Assembly: GCA_036380455.1 (NCBI GenBank)
Contig: DASVEQ010000035.1
Span: forward strand, 1 to 63,810
Length of the DNA: 63,810 nucleotides
Reading direction: 5' to 3'
Source: Candidatus Limnocylindria bacterium
GTDB lineage: Bacteria; Chloroflexota; Limnocylindria; QHBO01
Below the pieces are notes generated by a model that worked only from the letters and a program-made list of their open reading frames with translations, made no database searches and was not told the origin of the DNA. Positions 34,692-43,759 of this stretch are shown in pieces (the stretch's first letter is position 1; every line of letters begins with the position of its first letter). A program made the translations under genes and the position numbers.

Positions 34692-35614
34692 GCACCGATC
34701 GCGACACCACGCGCATCGTTCGGTCGTGGCTGACAACGGACGAGAACGAGTCTGCGGACCGCATCCTCGGCACCGTGCTCGATCGACTCGACACGACCCC
34801 ACAGCGCCGAGCCACCTGGTGGCTGGCGCGGAGGTTCTCCGATATGCACACGTTCGCGAAGGTCGCGATCGCGGCCGCCGCCGTCGTGGCCCTCTTGCTG
34901 GTCGGCATCGTGTTGCTCCCCGGATCCCGACCGAGTGTCGGCGAACCGGATGCGTCCGCTTCTGCGAGCGCTTTGCCATCGGTGCCGCCGACTCCGTCTG
35001 AGCCGTCACCGACGCCGGATGCCGCTTTTCCGCCCACGGGAGAGCTTGCGATCGGGACGCACCGCGTGACGCTCAGCGGCGTGCGGGTCATCTTCGACCT
35101 CACGACCGACGGCTGGGTTAGCAACGGGTCGTTCGGCATCGACAAGGGCAGGCCCGAGGCTCCGGAGTCAGCCGGGTTCATCTTCTGGTCGCTCTCGGCA
35201 CCCGACACCGTCTTCGCCGACCCGTGTACGGGCGTGCCGCTCAGCCCTGCGCCGGAACCATCGATTGCCGCACTCGCGGCGGCGGTGGCGAGCCTGCCGG
35301 GCACGGAGCTCGTCATTGGTCCGACGGAGGTGACGGTGGGCGGATATCCGGCCCAGCATGTGGCAATCATGGTGCCCGACGACATCGGCTGTGAGCCGAA
35401 CGAGTTCTACCTGTGGGAGGACACCGACAACCCCGGTCAAGCCCGATACGCCACTGACAAGGGATCGACGATCCACACGTGGATCATTGACGTTGACGGG
35501 CGCCTCGTCTGGATCGACGGCGAGACATACGCGGCCTCCGATCCGGCGGCGGAGCGGGAAATCCTGGAGATCATCGGCTCGATCCGTTTCAGGCAAGACC
35601 AGGGTCCGGGATAG
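34688..35614 (+). CDS. Single-pass membrane partner of the ECF sigma (paralogue 2)
   Basis: MSTDRDTTRIVRSWL...PQRRATWWLARR, a TM helix, two Cys, and IHTWIIDVDGRLVWIDG...IIGSIRF. Confidence 0.8.
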   Translation: MSTDRDTTRIVRSWLTTDENESADRILGTVLDRLDTTPQRRATWWLARRFSDMHTFAKVAIAAAAVVALLLVGIVLLPGSRPSVGEPDASASASALPSVPPTPSEPSPTPDAAFPPTGELAIGTHRVTLSGVRVIFDLTTDGWVSNGSFGIDKGRPEAPESAGFIFWSLSAPDTVFADPCTGVPLSPAPEPSIAALAAAVASLPGTELVIGPTEVTVGGYPAQHVAIMVPDDIGCEPNEFYLWEDTDNPGQARYATDKGSTIHTWIIDVDGRLVWIDGETYAASDPAAEREILEIIGSIRFRQDQGPG

Positions 35615-35679
35615 GCCGGGGTTCAGGCTAGCGCGGGGTCGAGCCGGCCCCAGCCAACGGGCACCAGGGTGCGAGTTTC

Positions 35680-35709
35680 GATTGACTTCTGCCGCTTCAC
35701 GCTCATACC
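35680..35709 (+). promoter_or_regulatory. Related upstream motif GATTGA-N16-CTCATACC (also reads as TTGACT-N18-TACCTA) before sigma gene 3
   Basis: Read directly; it lies 43 nt before GTG 35752. Confidence 0.45.
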
Positions 35710-35751
35710 TATCAGGCGGGCCAATTAAGGACCGCATCTCGAGGCAGGATC

Positions 35752-36294
35752 GTGGAGCGGCAGCTGGTGGTACAGGCGCAGCAGGGCGACCAGGACGCCT
35801 TCGACCAGCTCGCCTACCACCTGGCGGATCGGCTCTACTCGGTCGCCTACCGCATCCTGCGGAACGGACCCAGCGCCGAGGACGCGACGCAGCAGGCACT
35901 GGTCGATGTCTGGCGCCACCTCCCGTCGCTTCGCGACCCTGACCGTTTCGACGCCTGGGCGTATCGGCTGCTGGTGCATGCCGCCTACGCCGAACACCGC
36001 CGCCGACGTCGGCAGGCTCCTCCGGGAGCCCTGACCGATGGCGCAACCGACACCGATCCCTACCCATCGGTCCATGATCGGGACCAGCTGGAGCGGGGAT
36101 TCGCCCGACTGACCGCCGAGCACCGTGCCGTCCTCGTCCTGCAGCACTACCTGGACATGACCCACGACGAGATGGCCGAGGTGCTGGGCGTCCCCGTGGG
36201 CACCGTTCGTTCGCGACTGCATGGCGCCCGCGGAGCCATGCGTGCCGCGCTCGAAGCCGATGCCCGGCCGGCGACGGGGGAGTGGTCGGCATGA
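35752..36294 (+). CDS. ECF-type sigma factor (paralogue 3, more divergent)
   Basis: Region 2 and region 4 motifs (AEDATQQALVDVW, MAEVLGVPVGTVRSRLHGA). GTG start and ATGA overlap with its partner gene. Confidence 0.9.
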   Translation: MERQLVVQAQQGDQDAFDQLAYHLADRLYSVAYRILRNGPSAEDATQQALVDVWRHLPSLRDPDRFDAWAYRLLVHAAYAEHRRRRRQAPPGALTDGATDTDPYPSVHDRDQLERGFARLTAEHRAVLVLQHYLDMTHDEMAEVLGVPVGTVRSRLHGARGAMRAALEADARPATGEWSA

Positions 36295-37151
36295 ACGACC
36301 GCAGCATCGACCAGCTTCTCGATGCGTGGATGGATCTGGGGCCGACGGTCGCGCCCGCCCGGGTTGCCGAGGCCGCGCGCCACGAGGCCCGCTCCACGCG
36401 CCAGACCGCCAGCCTGCGTGGCTGGCCACCGCGGAGGTTTCCCGAGATGAACGCCATGGTCCGACTTGGAGTCGCTGCAGCCATCGTGGCCGCAGCCGCC
36501 GTACTCGGCTTCACATATTTCGCCGATCGGAACGTTGGTGACCCCGACCCAACAGATTCGACTCCTTCGCCGGCGGGGCTCTTGAACGAACAGGAGGGCC
36601 CGCTCGAGCCGGGATCCGCCTACCTCATCGACGGTGTCCCGGGCATGCGGATCATCGTCACCGCCCCCGAGGGGTGGGTGAAGAACTTCATCTCGGACAC
36701 CATCTGGACGAGCGGCTCGGTGGCCCACGTCGGATTCGGCACTGTGGACAACCTGCAAGCCAACCCCTGCGTTGCCGCCGAGGGCGAAATGGACCCGCCG
36801 GTGGGACCGAGCGTGAGCGACTTTGTCGCTGGGCTGGGCCGGCTGCCCGGCTTGGACGCAACCAGTTCTGAGGTCACAGTCTCAGGATTCCCGGGCACCC
36901 ACGTGGAGCTCACGGTCACGGATCCGATCGACGGCTGCTACCGGGATGCCGACGGCGGCATCTGGGAGCTTCCCAACGGAGAGTTCGCTCCGCCACCCGG
37001 GCCGTTCGCTCGCCACCACTTCTGGGTCGTCGACGTCCAGGGAACGCGCCTCGTGATCTCCGCGGAGATCCGTTCGGCCGGTACCCTGCAGGACCAGGCT
37101 GACGTTGACTCGATCATCGAGTCGCTCCACGTCGAGGCAACATCCCCGTAA
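36291..37151 (+). CDS. Single-pass membrane partner of the ECF sigma (paralogue 3)
   Basis: The N-terminal domain is followed by TM helix VRLGVAAAIVAAAAVLGF, then an extracytoplasmic domain with two Cys and HHFWVVDVQGTRLVISAE. Confidence 0.8.
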   Translation: MNDRSIDQLLDAWMDLGPTVAPARVAEAARHEARSTRQTASLRGWPPRRFPEMNAMVRLGVAAAIVAAAAVLGFTYFADRNVGDPDPTDSTPSPAGLLNEQEGPLEPGSAYLIDGVPGMRIIVTAPEGWVKNFISDTIWTSGSVAHVGFGTVDNLQANPCVAAEGEMDPPVGPSVSDFVAGLGRLPGLDATSSEVTVSGFPGTHVELTVTDPIDGCYRDADGGIWELPNGEFAPPPGPFARHHFWVVDVQGTRLVISAEIRSAGTLQDQADVDSIIESLHVEATSP

Positions 37152-37223
37152 CCGCGCGGAGCCCGGGCACCCGACCGTCGATGCGGTCGGGTGCCGCTGC
37201 CTTCGATTTGGCACCATGTACCC

Positions 37224-38885
37224 ATGAGCTTAGCCACCGCACAGGACGCCTTCTTCGCGGGCTTCTTCAGTCACTACCCGACCCACGCCACCGAGGCGGG
37301 CAACCACGAGCACGATCTTCTATGGCCTGACCTGACCGATGCGGGCCGAGAGGAGCGCCTTGGCTGGCTGGCCGAGATCCGGCGCACCATCGAGGGTGCC
37401 GAGGGACTGACCCGCGACGAGGAGATCGACCGGCGCGTCCTGCTGGGCACCATCGACGAGCTGCGCTTCGAGGAGGAGGACCTCGACGAGCTGTCGTGGA
37501 GCCCGATCGTGTACAGCTACCTGCTGGGCGGCGGCCTCTTCGCGCTTCTGTCGCGCGAGTTCGCCCCGCTGGGTGAGCGGCTGGCCAGCGCTGCCGGTCG
37601 CATGGAGGGCATCCCGGCGGCGCTCGACGCAGCCATGTCGAATCTCACCTCCGGCCGTGGCAGAGCGGTCAGTGGCTTCCACGTCGAGAAGGCGATCCAG
37701 ACCATCCCGGGCGTCTCCGACCTGTGCCGCACGGCGGTGGAGATGGCGAAGGACGTCGACGAGTACACGAGTGGACGCGTCGCCGCTGCGGGCGAGACCG
37801 CCATAGCGGCGGTCGAGGCGTTCACCGCATGGCTCCGCGACGACCTGCTGCCCAGCGCCGACGGCGACTTCCGCCTCGGCCGAGACCTGTACGAGCGCAA
37901 GTTCGCGGCGGTCCTCAAGGCCACGATCAGCCCCGCCGAGCTGGAGCAGCGCGCCGCGAAGGCATACGACGACGTCCGCGGCGAGATGCTGCGGCTCGCC
38001 CGCGAGCTGTGGCCGCTCTGGATCGGCGACGAGCCGATGCCCGAGGATCCCGACGCGCTCACGCGCCGGGTGCTCGACGCCATCGCGGTCGACCATCCGA
38101 AGGCCGATGAGCTGCTCGACTTCTGCCGCGCCGAGCACGATCGGATCCTCGCCTTCGTCCGCGAGCGCGACCTCATCGGTCTGCCGGACGACCCGCTCCA
38201 GATCATCTGGACCCCGCCCTTCCTGCGCGCCTTCGGCGGCGCGATGCTCATCCCGCCGGGGCCGCTGGACAAGGGCCTCGACAGCTTCTTCGCCATCACG
38301 CCGCCGCCGGAGTCATGGACCGATGAGCAGGTGGAGTCGATGCTCCGCGAGAACAACGCCCGCTCGCTGAAGGTCCTCACCGTTCACGAAGCGACGCCCG
38401 GGCACTACCTGCAGCTGGCCTGGTCGAACCGATGCGAATCCCTGCCGCGCGCGGTCTTCGGCTCCGGCGTCTTCGCCGAGGGCTGGGCCGTGTACGTGAC
38501 GCAGGTGATGATGGATGCGGGGTACGCCGATTGCGACCCCGCCCTCCTGCTCGCGCACTGGAAGTACTACCTGCGCGCGGTCACCAACGCGCTCATGGAC
38601 ATCCGCATCCACACGGGCTCGATGACCGAGGACGACGCAATGTCGATGATGGTGGACGGCGGCTTCCAGGAGCGATCGGAAGCGTCGGAGAAATGGAATC
38701 GAGCACGCCTGTCGTCGACGCAGCTGTGCTCCTACTTCCTCGGCGGCGCGGAGATGACTGAGCTGGAGCACGAGGCCCAACGCCGATCCGGCGATGCCTT
38801 CGAGTGGCGGCCCTTCCTCGAGTCGGTGATCAGTCACGGGACGCCGCCGATGCCGATCATCCGCGACATCCTGTACGGCGACTGA
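37224..38885 (+). CDS. DUF885-family protein (second paralogue)
   Basis: HEATPGHYLQ motif. Similar to 22073..23704 along its whole length. Confidence 0.8.
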   Translation: MSLATAQDAFFAGFFSHYPTHATEAGNHEHDLLWPDLTDAGREERLGWLAEIRRTIEGAEGLTRDEEIDRRVLLGTIDELRFEEEDLDELSWSPIVYSYLLGGGLFALLSREFAPLGERLASAAGRMEGIPAALDAAMSNLTSGRGRAVSGFHVEKAIQTIPGVSDLCRTAVEMAKDVDEYTSGRVAAAGETAIAAVEAFTAWLRDDLLPSADGDFRLGRDLYERKFAAVLKATISPAELEQRAAKAYDDVRGEMLRLARELWPLWIGDEPMPEDPDALTRRVLDAIAVDHPKADELLDFCRAEHDRILAFVRERDLIGLPDDPLQIIWTPPFLRAFGGAMLIPPGPLDKGLDSFFAITPPPESWTDEQVESMLRENNARSLKVLTVHEATPGHYLQLAWSNRCESLPRAVFGSGVFAEGWAVYVTQVMMDAGYADCDPALLLAHWKYYLRAVTNALMDIRIHTGSMTEDDAMSMMVDGGFQERSEASEKWNRARLSSTQLCSYFLGGAEMTELEHEAQRRSGDAFEWRPFLESVISHGTPPMPIIRDILYGD

Positions 38886-39074
38886 CCGGCAGCGATGCGC
38901 CGGGTGACTCTAACGGCCGGCGGATGGCCTGATATGCCCACCATGTGGGTCGAACCGCCACGCCAGGACGCCGACGGTGGCTGTTGCAGGCATCGGCTGC
39001 ATCGGTCCGCTGGCCGGTGGCGCTTGGAGTCACCGGGTGCATGCCCGCCGCCGCGCCCGTCCGTGACTCCCGGC

Positions 39075-40337
39075 CTAGTCGCCCAGCGCCAGCTCCAGCA
39101 GCGAGGGCCCGCTCCCGGGCTCGGCGGTGAGCATGCCGCCGAGGTCGACGTGGCTCCGGTTCACGAGCAGCGCCACGGTCACGCCCTCCGTCGGCAGGTG
39201 GTAGAGGAGCGTGGTGTACGTGTTCAGCAGGCCGGTGTGGCCGTATCCGGGGGCGCCGTCGACCTCCACTTTCTGAACGCCGTAGCCGTAGTCGTGGTCG
39301 TTGAGCTCGAGCATCAGCGCACGGCTCGACGGCTCGAGCACCGCTCCCGCGTACAGGGCGTCGCCCCAGCGGGCGAGGTCGGCGGCCGACGCGCTCATCG
39401 CGCCCGAGCCCCAGAAGATCGATGTCCAGGCCGGCTCGAGGGGTCCGCCGGGCGTCCTCCCGTCCAGGATGCCGGTCGAGTCGAGGCCCAGAGGAGCGAG
39501 GAACCTGCGGGTGAGCTCCTCGGTCAGGGTCGATCCCGTCATGCGCTCGATGACGAGGCCGAGCAGGTAGTAATTGGTGTTCGCGTAGGCCCAGCCCTCC
39601 CCGGGCTGGTACCACGGCGCGTGGAGTGTGGCGAGCACCTCGTCCGAGGTCCAGGCGTGCTCCGGATGCTCCTCGAGGCCGATCCGCGTCTCGTCGTTGA
39701 ACAGGTCCGCGAGGCCGCTGGTGTGGTCGAGGAGCTGGGCAATCGAGATCTCCCGGCTCAGGCTCCCGAGCTCGGGGAGGTGGCGGCGAACGGGATCGTC
39801 GAGGCGCAGGCGCCCCTCTTCGACGAGCTGGAGGACGGCGGCCGCCACGAAGGTCTTCGTCACGCTGCCGATCACGAGCGGCGTCCTCGGCGTCAGCGGT
39901 GTTCGTCCGTCGCGCGCCCGGCCGCTGCTGCCCGCCCACAGGAGCTCGCCGTCGCGCACGGCCGCGAAGGTGACGCCGTACGCCCCGGCCGCTGAGCGCG
40001 CGGCGTCGAGCGCCGACTGGTAGCGCAAGGCTTCGGACGCGACCTCGGCGACGGCCCGTGGCGGTGGGGCGACCAGCTCCAGGACCATGTCGAGGAGCGG
40101 CACCACCCGGACCCCCCGCGTCGGCCGCCCGCCGGATTCCGATCCGGCTTCGGCCGCGATCGCCGGTCGGGGCTCGGACGCGTTCAGCGGGGCGAGCGCG
40201 AGGGTCGGCGAGAGGAAGGCGAGCGTCGAGAGCAGGACCGATGCGACGGGCGCGCGCAGGCGCGGACGGGTTCTGGGGCGACGGTCCCCCCGGACCGGGA
40301 TCGCTCGGGCCTGGCTGCGTGCTCGGTTCGTCCGCAC
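39075..40337 (-). CDS. Secreted serine hydrolase, beta-lactamase / D-Ala-D-Ala carboxypeptidase (class C-like) family
   Basis: S-x-x-K motif (GSVTKTF), a YANTNY motif and an N-terminal signal-like segment. The exact start is uncertain. Confidence 0.8.
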   Translation of the reverse strand: MRTNRARSQARAIPVRGDRRPRTRPRLRAPVASVLLSTLAFLSPTLALAPLNASEPRPAIAAEAGSESGGRPTRGVRVVPLLDMVLELVAPPPRAVAEVASEALRYQSALDAARSAAGAYGVTFAAVRDGELLWAGSSGRARDGRTPLTPRTPLVIGSVTKTFVAAAVLQLVEEGRLRLDDPVRRHLPELGSLSREISIAQLLDHTSGLADLFNDETRIGLEEHPEHAWTSDEVLATLHAPWYQPGEGWAYANTNYYLLGLVIERMTGSTLTEELTRRFLAPLGLDSTGILDGRTPGGPLEPAWTSIFWGSGAMSASAADLARWGDALYAGAVLEPSSRALMLELNDHDYGYGVQKVEVDGAPGYGHTGLLNTYTTLLYHLPTEGVTVALLVNRSHVDLGGMLTAEPGSGPSLLELALGD

Positions 40338-40419
40338 ATCATGGAGTATCGCGCACTGTCATCACAACCCGCCCGATGGTCCGACAGCCGGCTGCCGGTT
40401 GCCGAATGACTCCAAAGTG

Positions 40420-40434
40420 GTTAACATAGCTAAC
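40420..40434 (+). promoter_or_regulatory. AT-rich element GTTAACATAGCTAAC immediately upstream of the MFS gene start
   Basis: This is the most AT-rich local stretch. It contains the direct half-sites GTTAAC and GCTAAC 9 bp apart and ends 2 nt before ATG 40437. Confidence 0.3.
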
Positions 40435-40436
40435 TA

Positions 40437-41825
40437 ATGACGATCAGCGAGCTGCCGCGCCGCCTCCGCGACGCGATGCCGACCCGGATGCGTTCCGAGC
40501 GCCGCCCCGACGGGGCGGCGTCACTGCCGCCCGCCCGCGGCGGCGGGTTCGCTCGCGGCTTCGTGGCCATGCGTCATCCGAACTACCGCCGCTACTGGTT
40601 CGGGCAGATCGGCAGCCTCGTCGGCGCCTGGATGCAGTCGGTGGCGCTGCCGTGGCTCGTCCTCCAGCTCGGCGGTTCGCCGCTGCAGCTCGGCCTGGTC
40701 ATGGCCTTCATGTTCGGCCCCTCGCTGTTCCTCGCGCCGCTCGGGGGCGTCCTCGCCGACCGGGTCGATAAGCGCCGCATGCTGATCGCCGTCAACATCC
40801 TCGCCATGGCGCAGGCGGCCACGCTGTTCGTGCTCGCGCTCAGCGGCGTCGTCGAGATCTGGCACGTCTTCCTGCTGGCGCTGGTGGCCGGGTTCGTGAA
40901 CGCCATCGAGATGCCCCTGCGCCAGGCGTTCGTCGCGGAGCTCGTGCCGCGCGAGGACCTCGTGAATGCCATCGCGCTCAGCTCGACCTCGTTCAACCTG
41001 TCGCGCGTCATCGGTCCGGCCGTCGCCGGTGTGACGATCGCCGCGTTCGGGGTCGCCTCGAACTTCGGCGTCAACGCGGTCAGCTACGTGTCGGTTCTCA
41101 TCGGCCTGTTCCTCATCCGCACCGATGCGCTTCACCGCGCCGAGCGGCCAACGACCTTCCCGTCGATCCGCGCCAGCCTCGGCGAGGGGTTGCGCTTCGC
41201 GCGTGCCACGCCGACGGTGCTATGGCCGCTCGTCCTGCTGGGCGGGATCGCGGCCCTGGCGATGAATTTCCAGACGCTCCTGCCGTTGTTCAGCCGCAAC
41301 ACCCTGGGCCTCGACTCGGGCGGCTATGGCGCCCTGTTCGCGACGATGGGCGCCGGGTCGCTGCTCGGTTCGCTGACCCTCGCCTTCGCGACCAGCCAGC
41401 GGCCGCTGCTGCGGCTCATCCTGGGCGGTGCGGCGGCGTTCCTGGCGCTCGCGTTCGCGCTCGGCTTCGTGCGGATGCCGCTCTTCGCCTTCCTGCTCGT
41501 GGCCGGCATCGGATTCGCCTCCATGCTGATGATCAACACGATCAACGTCACGATCCAGAACTCGGTCCCGGACGCGATGCGCGGGCGCGTGATGTCCCTG
41601 TACGTGACCGTGTTCGCCGGTTCCGCACCGCTCGGCGGGCTCCTGGCCGGCTCGATGGCCGAGGCATGGGGCGCGCCGGTGGCCTTCAGCGTGGGCGCCG
41701 CGCTGGCCAGCGCAGTCCTGCTGCTCGTCGCCTGGCGGCTGCGGAGCGTCCGCATGCCGGAGGCGGGCGCTTCGGCGCCGGCCAGGCCCCAGGTCGTTCG
41801 CGAGGCCGCACGCGAGGCGGCATGA
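40437..41825 (+). CDS. MFS transporter (EntS/MFS_3-like), paralogue A
   Basis: About 12 predicted TM segments. NYRRYWFGQIGSLVGAWMQ, GVLADRVDKRR. Confidence 0.85.
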   Translation: MTISELPRRLRDAMPTRMRSERRPDGAASLPPARGGGFARGFVAMRHPNYRRYWFGQIGSLVGAWMQSVALPWLVLQLGGSPLQLGLVMAFMFGPSLFLAPLGGVLADRVDKRRMLIAVNILAMAQAATLFVLALSGVVEIWHVFLLALVAGFVNAIEMPLRQAFVAELVPREDLVNAIALSSTSFNLSRVIGPAVAGVTIAAFGVASNFGVNAVSYVSVLIGLFLIRTDALHRAERPTTFPSIRASLGEGLRFARATPTVLWPLVLLGGIAALAMNFQTLLPLFSRNTLGLDSGGYGALFATMGAGSLLGSLTLAFATSQRPLLRLILGGAAAFLALAFALGFVRMPLFAFLLVAGIGFASMLMINTINVTIQNSVPDAMRGRVMSLYVTVFAGSAPLGGLLAGSMAEAWGAPVAFSVGAALASAVLLLVAWRLRSVRMPEAGASAPARPQVVREAAREAA

Positions 41826-41875
41826 CGCGCCCGCGCGAGGTCGTTAGCATGGGCAATCTCTCGGAGAGCTGAGCC

Positions 41876-43276
41876 GTGGCTGCCAACCATTCCGGGTCGC
41901 GCCCCGACCAACCGCGTCCGCTCCCGCTCGACGCCCCGCAGGGCGGACTGAAGCGCGGGTTCGCCGCGCTCGGCATCCGGAACTACCGCCTCTACTGGCT
42001 GGGCCAGGTCGTGAGCCTCATCGGCACCTGGATGCAGCAGGTGAGCCTGCCGTGGCTCGTGCTGGCGCTCGGCGGATCGCCGATCCAGCTCGGCTTCGTC
42101 GCCGTCCTCCAGTTCGGCCCGGCGATGGTGCTGGCGCCGTTCGGCGGGGTCGTGGCCGATCGGATCGACAAGCGACACGCGTTGATGGCGACGCAGGTGG
42201 CCGCATCGGCGCAGGCGTTCATCCTGTTCCTGCTCACCGCCACGGGCGTCGTCGAGATCTGGATGGTCATGACCATGGCCCTGTGGCTCGGCGTCGTGAA
42301 CGCCGTCGACATGCCGCTCCGACAGGCGATCGCCGCGGACCTCGTGCCACGACACGTGCTGACGAACGCGATCGCCCTCAACTCGATGGCCTTCAACTCC
42401 GCGCGCGTCGTGGGTCCCGCGCTGGCGGGCGTGATCATCGCCGTCGGCAGCCAGGTGACGGGATCCTCCACGGCCGGCGTGGCGGTCAACCTGGCCTTGA
42501 ACACGCTCACCTACTCCGCGGTCCTGGTCGGGCTGTGGCGCATGAACCCGCGTGAGATCCGCCAACACGAGCGGCCGGAGCGCCACCCGCCCGTGCTCGA
42601 GAGCCTGCGAGAGGGCATCGGTTACTCCGTGCGCACGCCCCTCGTGCTCTGGTCGCTCGTGCTGCTGGCCGGGATCGCCGCCTTCGGATTCAACTTCCAG
42701 ATCCTGCTTCCCGTCTTCGCCACCGGCGTGCTCCAGCTCGGCGCCGACGGGTATGGCGCCCTGTTCGCGGCGCTCGGCGTCGGGTCCCTGGCGGGCTCGC
42801 TGACACTCGCCTTCATGCGGCAGCGCCGCGCGATCCCGCTGATGTTCGTCGGCGGCGTCGCGTTCTCCCTGCTGCTCGTGGGCATCGGGCTGTCGCGCAC
42901 GGTGTGGGTCGTCGCCCCGCTGGTGATCGGCGCCGGCTACGCGAGCATGCTGATGATCAACACGATCAATGCGACCGTCCAGGCCAACGTCACCGATGCG
43001 CTGCGCGGCAGGGTGATGTCGCTGTACGTCACCGTCTTCGCGGGATCCGCGCCGCTCGGTGGCCTGTTCGCCGGAGCCGTGGCCGAGGCGTGGGGCTCGC
43101 CGGCCGCCTTCCTGGTCGGCGCGGCGCTGTCGGCTGCGACCCTGGTCGTCGTGGCGCTCGGCCTGCGCGGTGCCCGAGGGCGGGGCCCGCTCGGGGTCAC
43201 CACCATCGACAGTTCGTCGCGGCGGCCGGGGAGCCGCAGCTCGCCCGAGCCGCGACCGGCGTCAGCGCCGCGCTGA
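41876..43276 (+). CDS. MFS transporter (EntS/MFS_3-like), paralogue B (tandem duplicate)
   Basis: NYRLYWLGQVVSLIGTWMQ, GVVADRIDKRH. Collinear with paralogue A. Confidence 0.85.
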   Translation: MAANHSGSRPDQPRPLPLDAPQGGLKRGFAALGIRNYRLYWLGQVVSLIGTWMQQVSLPWLVLALGGSPIQLGFVAVLQFGPAMVLAPFGGVVADRIDKRHALMATQVAASAQAFILFLLTATGVVEIWMVMTMALWLGVVNAVDMPLRQAIAADLVPRHVLTNAIALNSMAFNSARVVGPALAGVIIAVGSQVTGSSTAGVAVNLALNTLTYSAVLVGLWRMNPREIRQHERPERHPPVLESLREGIGYSVRTPLVLWSLVLLAGIAAFGFNFQILLPVFATGVLQLGADGYGALFAALGVGSLAGSLTLAFMRQRRAIPLMFVGGVAFSLLLVGIGLSRTVWVVAPLVIGAGYASMLMINTINATVQANVTDALRGRVMSLYVTVFAGSAPLGGLFAGAVAEAWGSPAAFLVGAALSAATLVVVALGLRGARGRGPLGVTTIDSSSRRPGSRSSPEPRPASAPR

Positions 43277-43759
43277 ATGCTCGGGGAGCAGGACCTGGAG
43301 CTCCTCCAGGGCGGCGGCCACGGCCGCGCGACGCTCCTCGGGAAGCGGCTCCAACAGCTCGTGCGCAGCGGCCAGCAGGTCGCGGCGCATCGCCCGTGCA
43401 CGCCGGCGCCCGGTCGGCGTCAGCTCGAGCAGGACGGCGCGACGGTCGCGGGCATCGGCATGTCGTTCCACCAGGCCGGCGTCGACGAGAGCCGATGCGA
43501 GCCGCGTGACGACCGGCGCGGTCACCATGAGGCGGCGCGCCACTTCGGCCTGCGGCTGGGGCCCCATGGTGTCGATCATGCGCAGCACGTTGTACTGCTG
43601 GTACGTGAGCTCGCTCCACGTGCGGCGGCGTCGGGCGTGGGCGACGAGGTGCCGCATCACGGGCGCCACGGTGGCGACCAGGCTGGCCTCGAGGCTGGGC
43701 GCCTCGCGGCTGCCGTTCTTCGACGTCGCCCCCGCGGAACGTGCGGCTGAGGTGGGCAT
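43262..43759 (-). CDS. MarR-family transcriptional regulator
   Basis: LTYQQYNVLRMI, wHTH AEVARRLMVTAPVVTRLASALVDAGLV, and DRRAVLLELTPTG. Confidence 0.85.
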   Translation of the reverse strand: MPTSAARSAGATSKNGSREAPSLEASLVATVAPVMRHLVAHARRRRTWSELTYQQYNVLRMIDTMGPQPQAEVARRLMVTAPVVTRLASALVDAGLVERHADARDRRAVLLELTPTGRRRARAMRRDLLAAAHELLEPLPEERRAAVAAALEELQVLLPEHSARR

